From the NCBI GenBank assembly GCA_030606565.1, contig JAUWGE010000005.1, positions 7,777 through 71,776 of the forward strand: a DNA stretch of 64,000 nt. The letters run 5' to 3'. The notes beneath the pieces are model-generated. The model was not told the origin of the DNA and did not search any database. It saw nothing but the letters and a program-made list of their open reading frames with translations. Positions 22,150 to 31,644 of this stretch are shown here, piece after piece (the first letter of the stretch is position 1; every line of letters begins with the position of its first letter). The DNA comes from Candidatus Bipolaricaulota bacterium (lineage in GTDB: Bacteria > Bipolaricaulota > Bipolaricaulia > UBA7950 > UBA9294). The position numbers and the translations under genes are program-made.

Positions 22150-22413
22150 ATGACAACAGGGGAGAACGAAAAGGTCATAAAGCTGTTGCGGTTGGTGCAG
22201 AGGCAGACCGGCGTGTCGCGGCGCAAGGCACAGGAGTTAATCGAGGCTGGCGAGGCGGAGTTAAACGGGGGCACCGTGCGCGATCCCTTCATCTTGCTAG
22301 AGCAGGAGCCAATTAAGACCTTGCCCCAGGGTACCGCTCGCCTCGAAGAGGAGGAAACGGATAGGCTCTATCACTTCGTACGCCGCCTCTCCTCCACGCT
22401 ACTTCCCCGGTAG
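22150..22413 (+). CDS. Small S4-domain RNA-binding protein (Hsp15/YbcJ-like)
   Basis: RLVQRQTGVSRRKAQELIEAGEAELNGGTV matches the S4 domain signature. Confidence 0.5.
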   Translation: MTTGENEKVIKLLRLVQRQTGVSRRKAQELIEAGEAELNGGTVRDPFILLEQEPIKTLPQGTARLEEEETDRLYHFVRRLSSTLLPR

Positions 22414-22450
22414 AGTTGGAACAAAAGCTATAGGAACCTATAATCCAGCC

Positions 22451-24076
22451 ATGCGCCTTGGCATCGCTCAGATCAACCCACATGTGGGGCACCTCGATCG
22501 AAACCTTGCGGTCATCCTGGCTCGCATCGATGAGGCTCACCGAAAAGGCTGTGACTTGGTTGTCTTCCCGGAGCTTTCTCTATGTGGGTATCTCCCATGC
22601 GATCTCTTGTGGCGATCCGGCTTTTTAGAGCGAATGGAGGAGGCGCTTCAAAAGATCGTGCGCGCCTCAAAGGGGATCGGGGTCATTGCCGGTGGTGTCT
22701 CCTCCAAGATCCACCGAGAGGGCGTAAACCTCTCCGATCCTTCGTCCCTCCTGGATGGAGCGGCCACTACTCTGTTCAATGCCGCGTTTCTCATCGAAGA
22801 CGGAAAGCTCCTCGGGCAGGAGGTCAAGCTTCTCCTTCCCTCGTTCGATGTGTATAGCGAGAAACGTTATTTCACCCCCGGCCCAGGAGCGCAGGTCTTC
22901 GACTTCCGCGGCACGCGACTGGGGATAAACATCTGCGAGGATTTTTGGGTGGACGACGGCCCGACCGATACTCAGGCAAGCCTGGGGGCGGAGTGGGTGA
23001 TCAACATCTCCGCGTCGCCTTTCTTCGCCGGCAAAGCCGCTATCCGTCGGAAGTTAGCAGCAAAAAGAGCGAGGGAGAACGGGATTACCTTCATCTACGT
23101 CAATTGCGTCGGCGGACAGGATGACATTGTATACGACGGAGGTAGCTTCATCATAAGTCCCGAGGGAAATCTCCTCTTCCAGGCTCCCTTCTTCACGGAA
23201 GGCCTGTTCGTCCTCGACCTAGAAGGGCTTGCTCGGGTTCCTCCGCCGTGCGAGGAGACAATCCCGCTTATCCACCGTGCGATCCTCCTTGGAATCCACG
23301 ACTATGTCCGCAAAAACGGATTCTCGCATGTAATTGTCGGCCTCTCCGGGGGAGTCGACTCCGCTCTGGTCGCTGCACTCGCTGTAGAAGCGCTTGGTCC
23401 TGATGCGGTCACCTGTGTCTTCCTCCCTAGTGAGATCACCTCGCAGGAGAGCCGCGAGGATGCCCTTGAGGTCGCTCGGCGCTTATCCATAGAGCTTCTT
23501 GAGATCCCCATTGAAGGGGTTCATGCTGCATATCGTAGCGTCCTTCCACATCCACCCACCGGGTTGACCGATGAGAATCTACAAGCCAGGACGCGGGGAG
23601 TACTCCTCATGGCGCTTGCCAATGAACGTAATGCACTCCTCCTCGCCCCGGGGAACAAATCGGAGATCGCTGTGGGATATAACACCCTGTATGGAGACAC
23701 AGTGGGGGCGCTTGCCCCAATCGCTGATTTGTACAAGACACAGGTCTATCAGCTTGCCGAGGCGATGGGGGATCGGATCCCAAAGAGAGTGGTAAAAAAG
23801 GCGCCCACCGCTGAACTGCGGCCGGGCCAACGCGACGAGGACGACCTTCCCCCCTACTCGGTTCTGGATGCCTTGCTTATTGAGTTAATCGAGAGGAACG
23901 CCTCGCGCGAAGAACTGATCGCGCATGGCTTTCCCAAAGAGACGGTTAAAGACGTTCTTACCCGCTATTACCGAAGCGAATATAAGCGCCGGCAGCTTCC
24001 CCCAGGAATCAAGGTCTCTCCTAAGGCCTTCGGCATCGGTCGGCGGATGCCGATCACCCACGCTTATCGCGACTAG
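22451..24076 (+). CDS. nadE: Glutamine-dependent NAD+ synthetase (N-terminal CN-hydrolase domain plus NAD synthase domain)
   Basis: N-terminal nitrilase-like MRLGIAQINPHVGHLDRN...VVFPELSLCGY. C-terminal PP-loop GLSGGVDSALVAALA. Confidence 0.9.
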   Translation: MRLGIAQINPHVGHLDRNLAVILARIDEAHRKGCDLVVFPELSLCGYLPCDLLWRSGFLERMEEALQKIVRASKGIGVIAGGVSSKIHREGVNLSDPSSLLDGAATTLFNAAFLIEDGKLLGQEVKLLLPSFDVYSEKRYFTPGPGAQVFDFRGTRLGINICEDFWVDDGPTDTQASLGAEWVINISASPFFAGKAAIRRKLAAKRARENGITFIYVNCVGGQDDIVYDGGSFIISPEGNLLFQAPFFTEGLFVLDLEGLARVPPPCEETIPLIHRAILLGIHDYVRKNGFSHVIVGLSGGVDSALVAALAVEALGPDAVTCVFLPSEITSQESREDALEVARRLSIELLEIPIEGVHAAYRSVLPHPPTGLTDENLQARTRGVLLMALANERNALLLAPGNKSEIAVGYNTLYGDTVGALAPIADLYKTQVYQLAEAMGDRIPKRVVKKAPTAELRPGQRDEDDLPPYSVLDALLIELIERNASREELIAHGFPKETVKDVLTRYYRSEYKRRQLPPGIKVSPKAFGIGRRMPITHAYRD

Positions 24077-24092
24077 CTGATCCGGTAAGTAA

Positions 24093-24123
24093 GAAAAAAG
24101 GCCCCGGTCAAAGGACCGGGGCC
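24093..24123 (-). terminator. Rho-independent terminator for hsp20 (bidirectional hairpin between the convergent nadE and hsp20 genes)
   Basis: GGCCCCGGTC-AAAG-GACCGGGGCC 10-bp perfect stem. It is followed by a T6 run on the minus strand (A6 on plus). Confidence 0.7.
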
Positions 24124-24139
24124 ATCATGTGTGGTACAA

Positions 24140-24592
24140 CTATTCGACCTTGATCTCGATCGGCTTCTCCTTCTCCTTGAGCGACTCCTTCATCGGAACC
24201 GTCACCTTGAGGATTCCATCCTCAAAGTGCGCCTTGATCGCGTTTTTCTCGACCATCGCACCCGGAAGCGGGAAACAGCGCTGGAATCTACCGTACCGGC
24301 GACCGATGCGGAAGTAGTTCTCCTCTTTGATCTCCTGTCTCCGCTTCGTCTCCCCGGAGACGACGAGCCTGTCATCCTCGACCTTGATCTCGATCTCCTC
24401 TTTCTTCATGCCAGGAAGCTCAGTCTCAAAGACAAGGTTTCGATCCTTCTCGTAGACGTCGGTCCGGCCAAAGCTCGGGGTGATGTCAAAACCGACTTTA
24501 TCAAAGTCGCGGAAGAACTCATCGACGAGCCGGGAGAGCCCGGTTCCCCAGAAGAATGGTTCACGCCTCAGTTCTGGAAGTCTCCTGATCAT
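24140..24592 (-). CDS. Hsp20/alpha-crystallin family small heat-shock protein
   Basis: Alpha-crystallin domain (DVYEKDRNLVFETELPGMKKEEIEIKVEDDRLVVSGE...AHFEDGILKVTVPK). Confidence 0.9.
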   Translation of the reverse strand: MIRRLPELRREPFFWGTGLSRLVDEFFRDFDKVGFDITPSFGRTDVYEKDRNLVFETELPGMKKEEIEIKVEDDRLVVSGETKRRQEIKEENYFRIGRRYGRFQRCFPLPGAMVEKNAIKAHFEDGILKVTVPMKESLKEKEKPIEIKVE

Positions 24593-24705
24593 CCTAGTTT
24601 CCTCCTTTGATCTTCTTTTTAGCAGTCTCGCTGCCTGACTGCTAATTTAGTATAACACCCTGGCTCACGCTTGTCAAGATAAGAGGAGAACGATACACTA
24701 GAACC

Positions 24706-24918
24706 GTGTTAAAGAAAGGTTTTATCGCGTTTATCGTGCTTTACCAGAAAATTGCTTCGCCGCTGTTTCGACCGCGGTGTCGGTTCTATCCAACCTGTTC
24801 ACAGTACGGGGTGGAGGCGATCTCAAAGCACGGCCCGTTTAAGGGTGGGTACCTTGCACTGCGGCGGATCCTGCGCTGTCATCCGTTTCACCCCGGTGGA
24901 ATCGACCCGGTGCCGTAG
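24706..24918 (+). CDS. yidD: Membrane protein insertion efficiency factor YidD
   Basis: [59 protein letters not shown] is the YidD signature. Confidence 0.85.
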   Translation: MLKKGFIAFIVLYQKIASPLFRPRCRFYPTCSQYGVEAISKHGPFKGGYLALRRILRCHPFHPGGIDPVP

Positions 24919-24973
24919 ACTCCTTGGTTCTTACCCGTCCGATTGGCTCTCCTCCGACGGGTTTAGGACGTCG

Positions 24974-25128
24974 TCAGGGCTCAACATCTGTGCAATAGGC
25001 GATCTTCCTGTAGATCGGAATGATCAGCGCCTCGTCAACACCCAGAACCCCCTCCGCCTTGGCGTAGAGCTCCGTGCGCTTTTTCGGGTCGACCTCGGAG
25101 GCCACCTCCTCTACCAATTAGTCAAACT
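24974..25128 (-). pseudogene. Short C-terminal remnant resembling a family-5 ABC substrate-binding protein (gene fragment)
   Basis: The minus-strand translation LVEEVASEVDPKKRTELYAKAEGVLGVDEALIIPIYRKIAYCTDVEP* matches the conserved SBP_bac_5 C-terminal pattern (DP.KR.ELY..AQ.IL.EDAP.IPLY). No upstream body is present. Confidence 0.35.
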
Positions 25129-25491
25129 CTGCGTTCGATCACTCGATGAGGTTGCTCCCTTTCGTGCTGTGGAAGACCCCCTTCAGTTGTTCGCGTTAGG
25201 GAGATCCGCGCACCACCAATGACTACTTGACGTAATGGTGGGCAGCGTAATGCCATCGGCGGAATGGAGTATCTGGTAGGCAATCTGCTATCTGTCGCCC
25301 AGTCACTTTGCCCTTTTTGGGGACGTTTTACACACAACTCTACGCTACCGCGGCCTTCCTTAAACCTCTTTGGTGCTCTGCAAAAACTCGCACCACTTCC
25401 TTCAATGCGCGGCCTGTTCGTCATCCCCTTGGCAAGCACCTGTAAAATCGCTATACTGCTTTACATTCTCAAATTAAAGCGGGGGTACAAC

Positions 25492-25773
25492 ATGAACAAA
25501 GCGGAGTTGGTAGAGAAGCTTGCAAAGAAGACAGGCTTCACCAAAAAGGACGCTCGGAAAGCAGTAGACGGCTTGGTCGAAGTAATCACGAAGTCGCTCG
25601 CCGGAAGAAAACCCGTGATCATCACCGGGTTTGGAAAGTTTGAGACCCGGAGGCGAAAGGCAACAACGCGCATCAATCCGCAAACCGGGCAGAAGATGAG
25701 GGCTCCGGCAAAGACGGTCCCGGCCTTCAAAGCAGGCAAGAACCTCAAAGAGGCCGTCGCTAAAAAGAAGTAG
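25492..25773 (+). CDS. hup: HU family DNA-binding protein
   Basis: MNKAELVEKLAKKTGFTKKDARKAVDGLVEVITKSLAGRKPVIITGFGKFETRRRKATTRINPQTGQKMRAPAKTVPAFKAGKNLKEAV is canonical HU. Confidence 0.9.
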   Translation: MNKAELVEKLAKKTGFTKKDARKAVDGLVEVITKSLAGRKPVIITGFGKFETRRRKATTRINPQTGQKMRAPAKTVPAFKAGKNLKEAVAKKK

Positions 25774-25828
25774 TAAACGCCTCCAAACGCGACGCCTTTA
25801 CCGTTTGGCCGGCCAACTACGAACTCCA

Positions 25829-25864
25829 GGGGGAAGACCTGTTCTTCCCCCTACATTTTCTGTT
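25829..25864 (+). terminator. Rho-independent terminator downstream of hup
   Basis: GGGGGAAGA-CCTGT-TCTTCCCCC stem-loop followed by the T-rich TACATTTTCTGTT. Confidence 0.55.
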
Positions 25865-26061
25865 AATGGAGAAGAGAGTTGTCATACTCTCACCTTCTCG
25901 CTTGCCTTAAAGAGATGTCTCATTCCTTGAACTAAGCAAGCTGGGCATGATCAAGGTCTTGCGCCGCCGATCCACCACCTGACCATAACAACTCCTAAAC
26001 GTAGCAAGACACGACAGCAACGGGCACGCGTAGGGACTCTAATCAGAACAATGCGGTACAC

Positions 26062-27231
26062 CTAAATAGACTCGAACTCTTCCTTCATCCGCTTCACTAG
26101 ATCGGGATCGGTGAACAGATCTATCGCGGTCATCGCCATCGCTTTGGCGGCGATGAGCATCACCTTTTGCCCACGCTTAGATGCTGAGGCTGAAGCGAAC
26201 TCGCGTGAGTGGCCGGCAACCTCCTCAGAGCAGATCTGGATGTAGGCGTGGATCGCAGGGACGGCGTGGCTGATGTCTCCCATGTCGGTTGAACCGAGTC
26301 CGGCCTCTGGTAGAGGCGGATTGAGCGGTTCACCCAGTGTCTCCAGATTTCGCGTGAACGCCTCTCCCATAATACGATTTGGTTTCATCGCATTGTAGGC
26401 AAGCCCCACTGTCTCGAAGGAGAGGGTCGCTCCAGTGGCAAGCGCTGCTCCTTGAGCGCAGCGGCGAAGCTTCTCCAGGAGTTCGTCGCGGTAGTCGTTC
26501 TCTTTCGCACGCACGTAGAAGCAGGCTGCGGCGTGCTCGGGGACGATGTTCGGCTTGGCACCACCGTCGGTGATAATCCCGTGAATACGTGCACCATCCT
26601 TTATGTGCTGGCGCAGGGCATTTACCCCGTTGAACGTCTGGAGCACCGCGTCAAGGGCGTTTATCCCCTTCTCCGGCGAGCCCGAGGCGTGAGACGCCTT
26701 CCCGGTGAACTCGATCGCCACTTCCGTGACTGCCAGGCTCCCGCGATCGACCACGGTGTGGGAGGAGGGGTGGAACATCATCGCTGCATCGACCCCGTCA
26801 AAAAGCCTTGCCTCGACCATCTTCACCTTCCCCCCACCCCCTTCCTCGCCCGGGGTCCCGAAGAATACGAGCTTTCCAGGAAGGTCGGACTTGACCTGAC
26901 CCAAGGCAAGACAGGCGCCAAGGGCGGAGGCCGCGATCAAGTTATGCCCGCAGGCGTGCCCGATCTCCGGTAGAGCATCGTACTCACCGAGGATTGCCAC
27001 CGTTGGTCCGTCACTCGTTGCTGAGCAGGTCGCCTGGATCGCCGTGTCCAAGCCGGCCACGCCAAGCTCAACTGAAAAGCCCTCTTTCTTCAGTTCGTCG
27101 GCGAGAAGGCGCGAGGCTCTGTACTCCTCGAACTTCAGTTCGGGATAGTCGTAGATCTCTTTGCTAATTGCGAGCAAGCGTGCTTCGATTTCATCAACGT
27201 GGGCACAGACCTTCTCCTTCCAGACGTTCAT
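26062..27231 (-). CDS. M20 family metallopeptidase/amidohydrolase (M20D aminoacylase-like)
   Basis: N-terminal ...EIYDYPELKFEEYRASRLLADEL..., a GHACGHN-type metal-binding motif (HACGHNL), and a dimerisation domain. 389 aa. Confidence 0.85.
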   Translation of the reverse strand: MNVWKEKVCAHVDEIEARLLAISKEIYDYPELKFEEYRASRLLADELKKEGFSVELGVAGLDTAIQATCSATSDGPTVAILGEYDALPEIGHACGHNLIAASALGACLALGQVKSDLPGKLVFFGTPGEEGGGGKVKMVEARLFDGVDAAMMFHPSSHTVVDRGSLAVTEVAIEFTGKASHASGSPEKGINALDAVLQTFNGVNALRQHIKDGARIHGIITDGGAKPNIVPEHAAACFYVRAKENDYRDELLEKLRRCAQGAALATGATLSFETVGLAYNAMKPNRIMGEAFTRNLETLGEPLNPPLPEAGLGSTDMGDISHAVPAIHAYIQICSEEVAGHSREFASASASKRGQKVMLIAAKAMAMTAIDLFTDPDLVKRMKEEFESI

Positions 27232-27492
27232 CCAGCCTCCTTTAGGAAAACGCAGTCCACAATATCAGCGAGTTTTTTCTTCGTTCCCCTGTGGATGATA
27301 GTGGGTTGAGAAAAGAGTTCCAACCAGGGGTGGACTGGAAGAAACCAGGTACTTGCCTTGGCGGCCTCTGCTTAACGATCACCCGGTCAATGAAGCGGCC
27401 ATAAAGCTTCAGCCAATGAGTATCATACCTTCCGTACCCAATCGCTCTGAAAGTTCAAGTCCCTCCAGGCGTAGAAGAACCGGGGCGGGCTC

Positions 27493-27666
27493 TCACTTGC
27501 ACTGACTATACACCTCAGCAAAGCATCCGAACCAGTCATCGAATAGCTGCTTCGGGAATTCCGGCCCCTTCACCTTCCGGCGTCGCCGTGAACGAGGAAT
27601 GTACACGATGAGCGTGTCCGAGCCCTTTACTCTGGCATCCTTCTTTCCTTTGTTGCTGGTGGTCAT
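27493..27666 (-). CDS. Small, very basic hypothetical protein (57 aa), divergent from the RHH-like/DUF2971 pair
   Basis: ATG preceded by AAGGAGG at 7-nt spacing. Translation MTTSNKGKKDARVKGSDTLIVYIPRSRRRRKVKGPEFPKQLFDDWFGCFAEVYSQCK. Not in the ORF track because it is under 60 aa. Confidence 0.35.
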   Translation of the reverse strand: MTTSNKGKKDARVKGSDTLIVYIPRSRRRRKVKGPEFPKQLFDDWFGCFAEVYSQCK

Positions 27667-27806
27667 CAAACTACCTCCTTTATGGAGATGGTGACCGGTT
27701 ACATTTGCGTTACTAATACGACCGCTTTCGCTATGTGGCTGATCTGACCTACGGAGTTGACACTGACCGCCGAACCCGCTATTCTCCGAGAAGAGGTGAG
27801 AAGCCC

Positions 27807-27944
27807 ATGGCTCGGGAGGAGCTGCTGGGCAAGCAGTCCCTACAGTCTGTGGAACGGCTGCTCAAGCTCGGCCAGGAGTGCGACCGCTCATTGGTCGTAG
27901 AGGCGATCCTGGAGTACTTGGAGAGGGAGGAGAGGAAGGAATGA
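27807..27944 (+). CDS. Small ribbon-helix-helix-like protein (45 aa), a candidate antitoxin or regulator
   Basis: MAREELLGKQSLQSVERLLKLGQECDRSLVVEAILEYLEREERKE has an RHH-like helix pair. It lies 52 bp upstream of the DUF2971 gene. Confidence 0.35.
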   Translation: MAREELLGKQSLQSVERLLKLGQECDRSLVVEAILEYLEREERKE

Positions 27945-27995
27945 GAAAGGTGCTGGTGGTCTGTGTTCTGGCATGCACTGGAGGAACAACCTTCA

Positions 27996-29030
27996 ATGTC
28001 TAACGCGAATAAGAACCCTGAATGGGTAGTCGAGTATCTTAAGTACTTGCTCCCGTCCACACCTGAAGATCTCAATATCAGCGGAGCGCAACTCTTGAAG
28101 CTGGCCAACTTACCTTCTTCACTCTTCCACTACAGATGCTTCCCACCCGTAGACAAGGAAGACGAAGAGAGTGAAGAGAAGAGGAAGAAAATCCTGAAGG
28201 AACTGAAGACAGGACAGATCTGGTTGACCTCTCCCGACGAGTTCAATGATCCATATGACTCTGCATTTGCAGTGAAAATAAAGAAACTTTTAGATGAGTG
28301 TGTACCGGTTGTTGTCGACAGATTGGTGGAGGAGCACAATCTGAAACAGCACCTGACAGCCGATGAGATAGCACTCCTACAGGGATCAGAGAACCCGCTG
28401 CACAAACTCGGGACACTCCTTCTCTCGAAGGATTCCTCGCTATCGAAAGAGAAGATCGAAGGATTCCTTGACCATATGGAAGCGCGCTTTGCAGAGCAGC
28501 AGAAAAGTGTGCTCGAAGACATGGGGTTCAACATGCGCAGAGGGCTCCGGGTGTGCTCGTTCAGTGCAAACAACAGATCGTTGCTTATGTGGAGTCACTA
28601 CTCTGATATGCATCGTGGTCTCTGCATTGAGTACGATGTGTCTTCTCTTCCCCCGAATGATGCACGCCGCTATGCGTTGTGCCCGGTGATCTACACTGAG
28701 AGACTCTTCGACGCAGGTGAGTACTTCCGTGATGCCATGCAAAGGCGGGATTTCAACAACCTTTGGCTAACCATCGCATGTGCGCACAAGGCACCTGAAT
28801 GGTCATATGAAAAAGAGTGGAGACTCATCCTGCCTCTTGGGCCGAACGAGGAGAGCAGGGTCCCGGTGCTGATGCCGATCAAGGCTATCTATCTTGGTTC
28901 ATGCATGAAGACAGGAACCGAGGAGACCATAAGGAAAGTAGGCAACGAGTTAGGAATACCTCTCTACAGAATGCGTCTGGCGAAGGACACTTTCAGATTG
29001 GACGTAGAACCCGTAGATAGCAATGTTTGA
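27996..29030 (+). CDS. DUF2971 family protein, in a lower-GC segment
   Basis: GGAGG RBS 9 nt before the ATG at 27996. Matches the DUF2971 hallmarks: LFHYRCF...IWLTSPDEFNDPYDS and CSFSANNRSLLMWSHYSDMHRGLCIEYD. Codon usage is clearly AT-richer than the flanks. Confidence 0.7.
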   Translation: MSNANKNPEWVVEYLKYLLPSTPEDLNISGAQLLKLANLPSSLFHYRCFPPVDKEDEESEEKRKKILKELKTGQIWLTSPDEFNDPYDSAFAVKIKKLLDECVPVVVDRLVEEHNLKQHLTADEIALLQGSENPLHKLGTLLLSKDSSLSKEKIEGFLDHMEARFAEQQKSVLEDMGFNMRRGLRVCSFSANNRSLLMWSHYSDMHRGLCIEYDVSSLPPNDARRYALCPVIYTERLFDAGEYFRDAMQRRDFNNLWLTIACAHKAPEWSYEKEWRLILPLGPNEESRVPVLMPIKAIYLGSCMKTGTEETIRKVGNELGIPLYRMRLAKDTFRLDVEPVDSNV

Positions 29031-29284
29031 CTTCGGGATATACTCAAAGTCAGAATCTGCGTTCTGATATTCATTCTCCACGAGACGTGTCGGGTTTTGG
29101 TAATCGCTGTAAGCACCCCTCAGTTTGAAATTCGTCCAGCAAACTGGACGAGCCCCCCATCTCTTAGGCTGTTCGCGATAGACCTTTGGGACGGTCTTGA
29201 ACCATCCAACACTTTCGTTTGCACTTGCCAGGTAGCCTGCGCATCAGCCTCACATGATTTGGTAGCGATCGATTAGTGTTAGTC

Positions 29285-30325
29285 TTAGAAATCCCACCGT
29301 AGGCCAAAGTGCCAGGTCTGGCCAACTCCTATCCACCAACCCGTACCAGCAAAGGTAGATACCGGAAGGCCAAGGAGCTGGTAGAAGGAGAGATCGATAC
29401 CCCCCAACGCCTCAAATCCCGAAAGAGCAATTCCCCCTACCGTAACACCGAGAAGGCCTGCACCGATGTAAAAGCCGAGCGTATCATCCAGGATTCTCAT
29501 GATGTATTTGCCGTGTCCTTCAAACACCATTGCACCACTACTGAAGCCCACCCCTCCCTCGACGCCGATGCTGCCCCATTTAGCCATCACAAAAAGAAGA
29601 GGGGCAGAACCAATAAACTTCGCACCAATTCCAAAGCCTGCTTGGCCCACAGGCGCTACAGGTTTTGGAGAGAATGTCATGCTAGCAATGTCAGTACGGT
29701 TGACCGCCACACCGCCAAACTTCGTTTCCAGCTCGACGGCCTGTGGCAGGTTGCTGATGATCGTTCCCTGGTACGTCCGTTCCGTGGTCTCAATGCTGGA
29801 AGGGTCGCCAAACTTAAGCGTGATAATGCTATTGGTGAAGACGCTTGACGTTATGCCTCCAACGTCGATGCTAATCTTCTCCGGGAAAGAGGCCGTTAGT
29901 GTTCCCTTATATGTGCGTCCGTCCAAAAGGTAAACGCTGTTTGCGTACATTGGGCTCTCCGACTGCTTATATGGGAAGCGAAGCCTGCGAATCTGGTCGG
30001 GAGCAACCTCAGTTTCACCCGAACTCGTGCGAATTGTGATTGTTCCAATACTCGACAGTAAACGATCCTCGAAAGTCTCACCGGTGATGGTGGTTACCCG
30101 GACAACCGCAGATCCTTCCGTGAAGGACATGTCGAGAGCAGCTTGCCTGCGAATGCTGACGGAAACGCCATTGTCATCTAGTGAAAGAACATCAGGAATT
30201 CCCGCGATGATCGTTCCTTCAAACAGACGCCCATCCCAGGTTTCAACGCTGTCAGCAAGAGCTGGCGCAACAAACAAGAGAAGCGTCAAGAGACCCATCA
30301 CAATGATGCTGGCTATAGTTTTCAT
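29285..30325 (-). CDS. Secreted hypothetical protein: signal peptide, three roughly 50-aa internal repeats, and a Gly/aromatic-rich C-terminal region ending ...LRWDF (beta-barrel-like terminus)
   Basis: Signal peptide MKTIASIIVMGLLTLLLFVAPALA. Three similar repeat units (GTIIAGIPDVLSLDDNGVSVSIRRQAALDMSF, RTYKGTLTASFPEKISIDVGGITSSVFTNSIITLKF and RTYQGTIISNLPQAVELETKFGGVAVNRTDIASMTF). Confidence 0.55.
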   Translation of the reverse strand: MKTIASIIVMGLLTLLLFVAPALADSVETWDGRLFEGTIIAGIPDVLSLDDNGVSVSIRRQAALDMSFTEGSAVVRVTTITGETFEDRLLSSIGTITIRTSSGETEVAPDQIRRLRFPYKQSESPMYANSVYLLDGRTYKGTLTASFPEKISIDVGGITSSVFTNSIITLKFGDPSSIETTERTYQGTIISNLPQAVELETKFGGVAVNRTDIASMTFSPKPVAPVGQAGFGIGAKFIGSAPLLFVMAKWGSIGVEGGVGFSSGAMVFEGHGKYIMRILDDTLGFYIGAGLLGVTVGGIALSGFEALGGIDLSFYQLLGLPVSTFAGTGWWIGVGQTWHFGLRWDF

Positions 30326-30826
30326 GTTTCCTCCTAACTAGAATTTTGGCCCTACCCAAAAATATATGCTAAATGGCCTCCACCCACAAGCGGCGGATCA
30401 ATGTACCCGCCCCCCTCCTCTCTATCGCCGTGTTCTGTTCCTTCTAGAGGGCGTTTTCTTTCGCTGGGGACTGATACTCGCAGATTGATCATAACCTCTT
30501 GCTATCGCCTACCTCTCTCCCTTGGAATTACTTCAGGCGTAACGCCAAGTTCTATCCGATTTGGAGGGTGACCCCTCTAGTCTAAAACTCGTCCAGCAAG
30601 GTGTAAAGATCCCCAATTACCCTTCTCTTGGGCTGTCTGTGATAGACCTTCCGGGACGGGTTTGAACTCCACAGAGCCCCGGCAGTTGTGCTACACTAAC
30701 TTTAAAAGTGGACCGACTAGGTGGGGAAGGTAAACTGTAATTGGAAAGTCTTGTACTCCTGCCATGAGAAAGGTATAGTCTGGAAAAGATGTAAGACGAA
30801 ACACAATATGCTGAATTAGAGGAGAG

Positions 30827-31285
30827 ATGCCTGAGCCCATAGTGTCTTTCAAGGGGAGAAACGGCCGTTTGGAGCTTTACGAGGACTACGTACGCATCGA
30901 TCGAGGAACAGTTATGGGATTCCTACTGCAGGGACTGAAGGGCCAGAAGGACATCTACTTCGACAGCATCACGTCAATCCAGGTTAAGAAGCCGGGGATG
31001 ATGGTTGGTTTTATTCAGTTCTCGATCCCAGGAGGCATCGAGTCCAAGAAGGGAGTGTTCTCATCACTCGAAGATGAGAACACGGTATCCTTCGCCGATA
31101 TGGATTGCTATGAAAAGGCACTCCATGTAAAGGAACACATTGAAAGATGTCGCAGTAGGTCCCGAACCACAGGGCCACAGTTTTCGGTAGCGGAAGAACT
31201 TGAGAAACTGACCGCGCTGAAAAAGAAAGGCGTGCTAACTGCAGAGGAATTCAAGTCCATGAAGCGACGGCTTCTTGGCCAGTAG
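30827..31285 (+). CDS. Two-domain protein: N-terminal PH-like/DUF4429-like domain and C-terminal SHOCT domain
   Basis: C-terminal EELEKLTALKKKGVLTAEEFKSMKRRLLGQ is a SHOCT signature. The N-terminal domain assignment is from memory. Confidence 0.6.
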   Translation: MPEPIVSFKGRNGRLELYEDYVRIDRGTVMGFLLQGLKGQKDIYFDSITSIQVKKPGMMVGFIQFSIPGGIESKKGVFSSLEDENTVSFADMDCYEKALHVKEHIERCRSRSRTTGPQFSVAEELEKLTALKKKGVLTAEEFKSMKRRLLGQ

Positions 31286-31374
31286 CGTGGAATGTCAGTA
31301 CGGTGCCAAGCAGCGGAGCTAGTTCAGACAAGACCCTCACGATTCGTCCTCACAGCAGTCTGGGCAACCAACCT

Positions 31375-31644
31375 CTACTGCTGCTCCGGCAAGGGCTCAA
31401 CACAGCGAACCTCAACGCGCCAATAAGCTGCGCCATGTTCTTCTACTAGTGGATCAATCGAACGTTGGTCATAGCCTATAGGCAGTCGCTCATCTGCGGG
31501 AATTTCACTCAGGGGCTTCCCGCATACGGGGCACTTGGAGACGGTTCGTCGCTTTGGATCAAGCGCGACGATCGTCCGACAATCAGTGTCATAACAAGAT
31601 AGGAACTGCATATAATCCTCCTTCGGCGCATCTAACTTGTTCAC
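31375..31644 (-). CDS. Small zinc-ribbon protein (89 aa)
   Basis: A CxxxxC ... CPVC cysteine pair layout (CYDTDC ... CPVCGKP). Confidence 0.4.
   Translation of the reverse strand: MNKLDAPKEDYMQFLSCYDTDCRTIVALDPKRRTVSKCPVCGKPLSEIPADERLPIGYDQRSIDPLVEEHGAAYWRVEVRCVEPLPEQQ

Noticed and set aside
24131-24610. 159-aa plus-strand ORF
   Set aside because: Exact antisense of the canonical Hsp20 gene. The translation is Leu/Asp/Arg-rich low-complexity.
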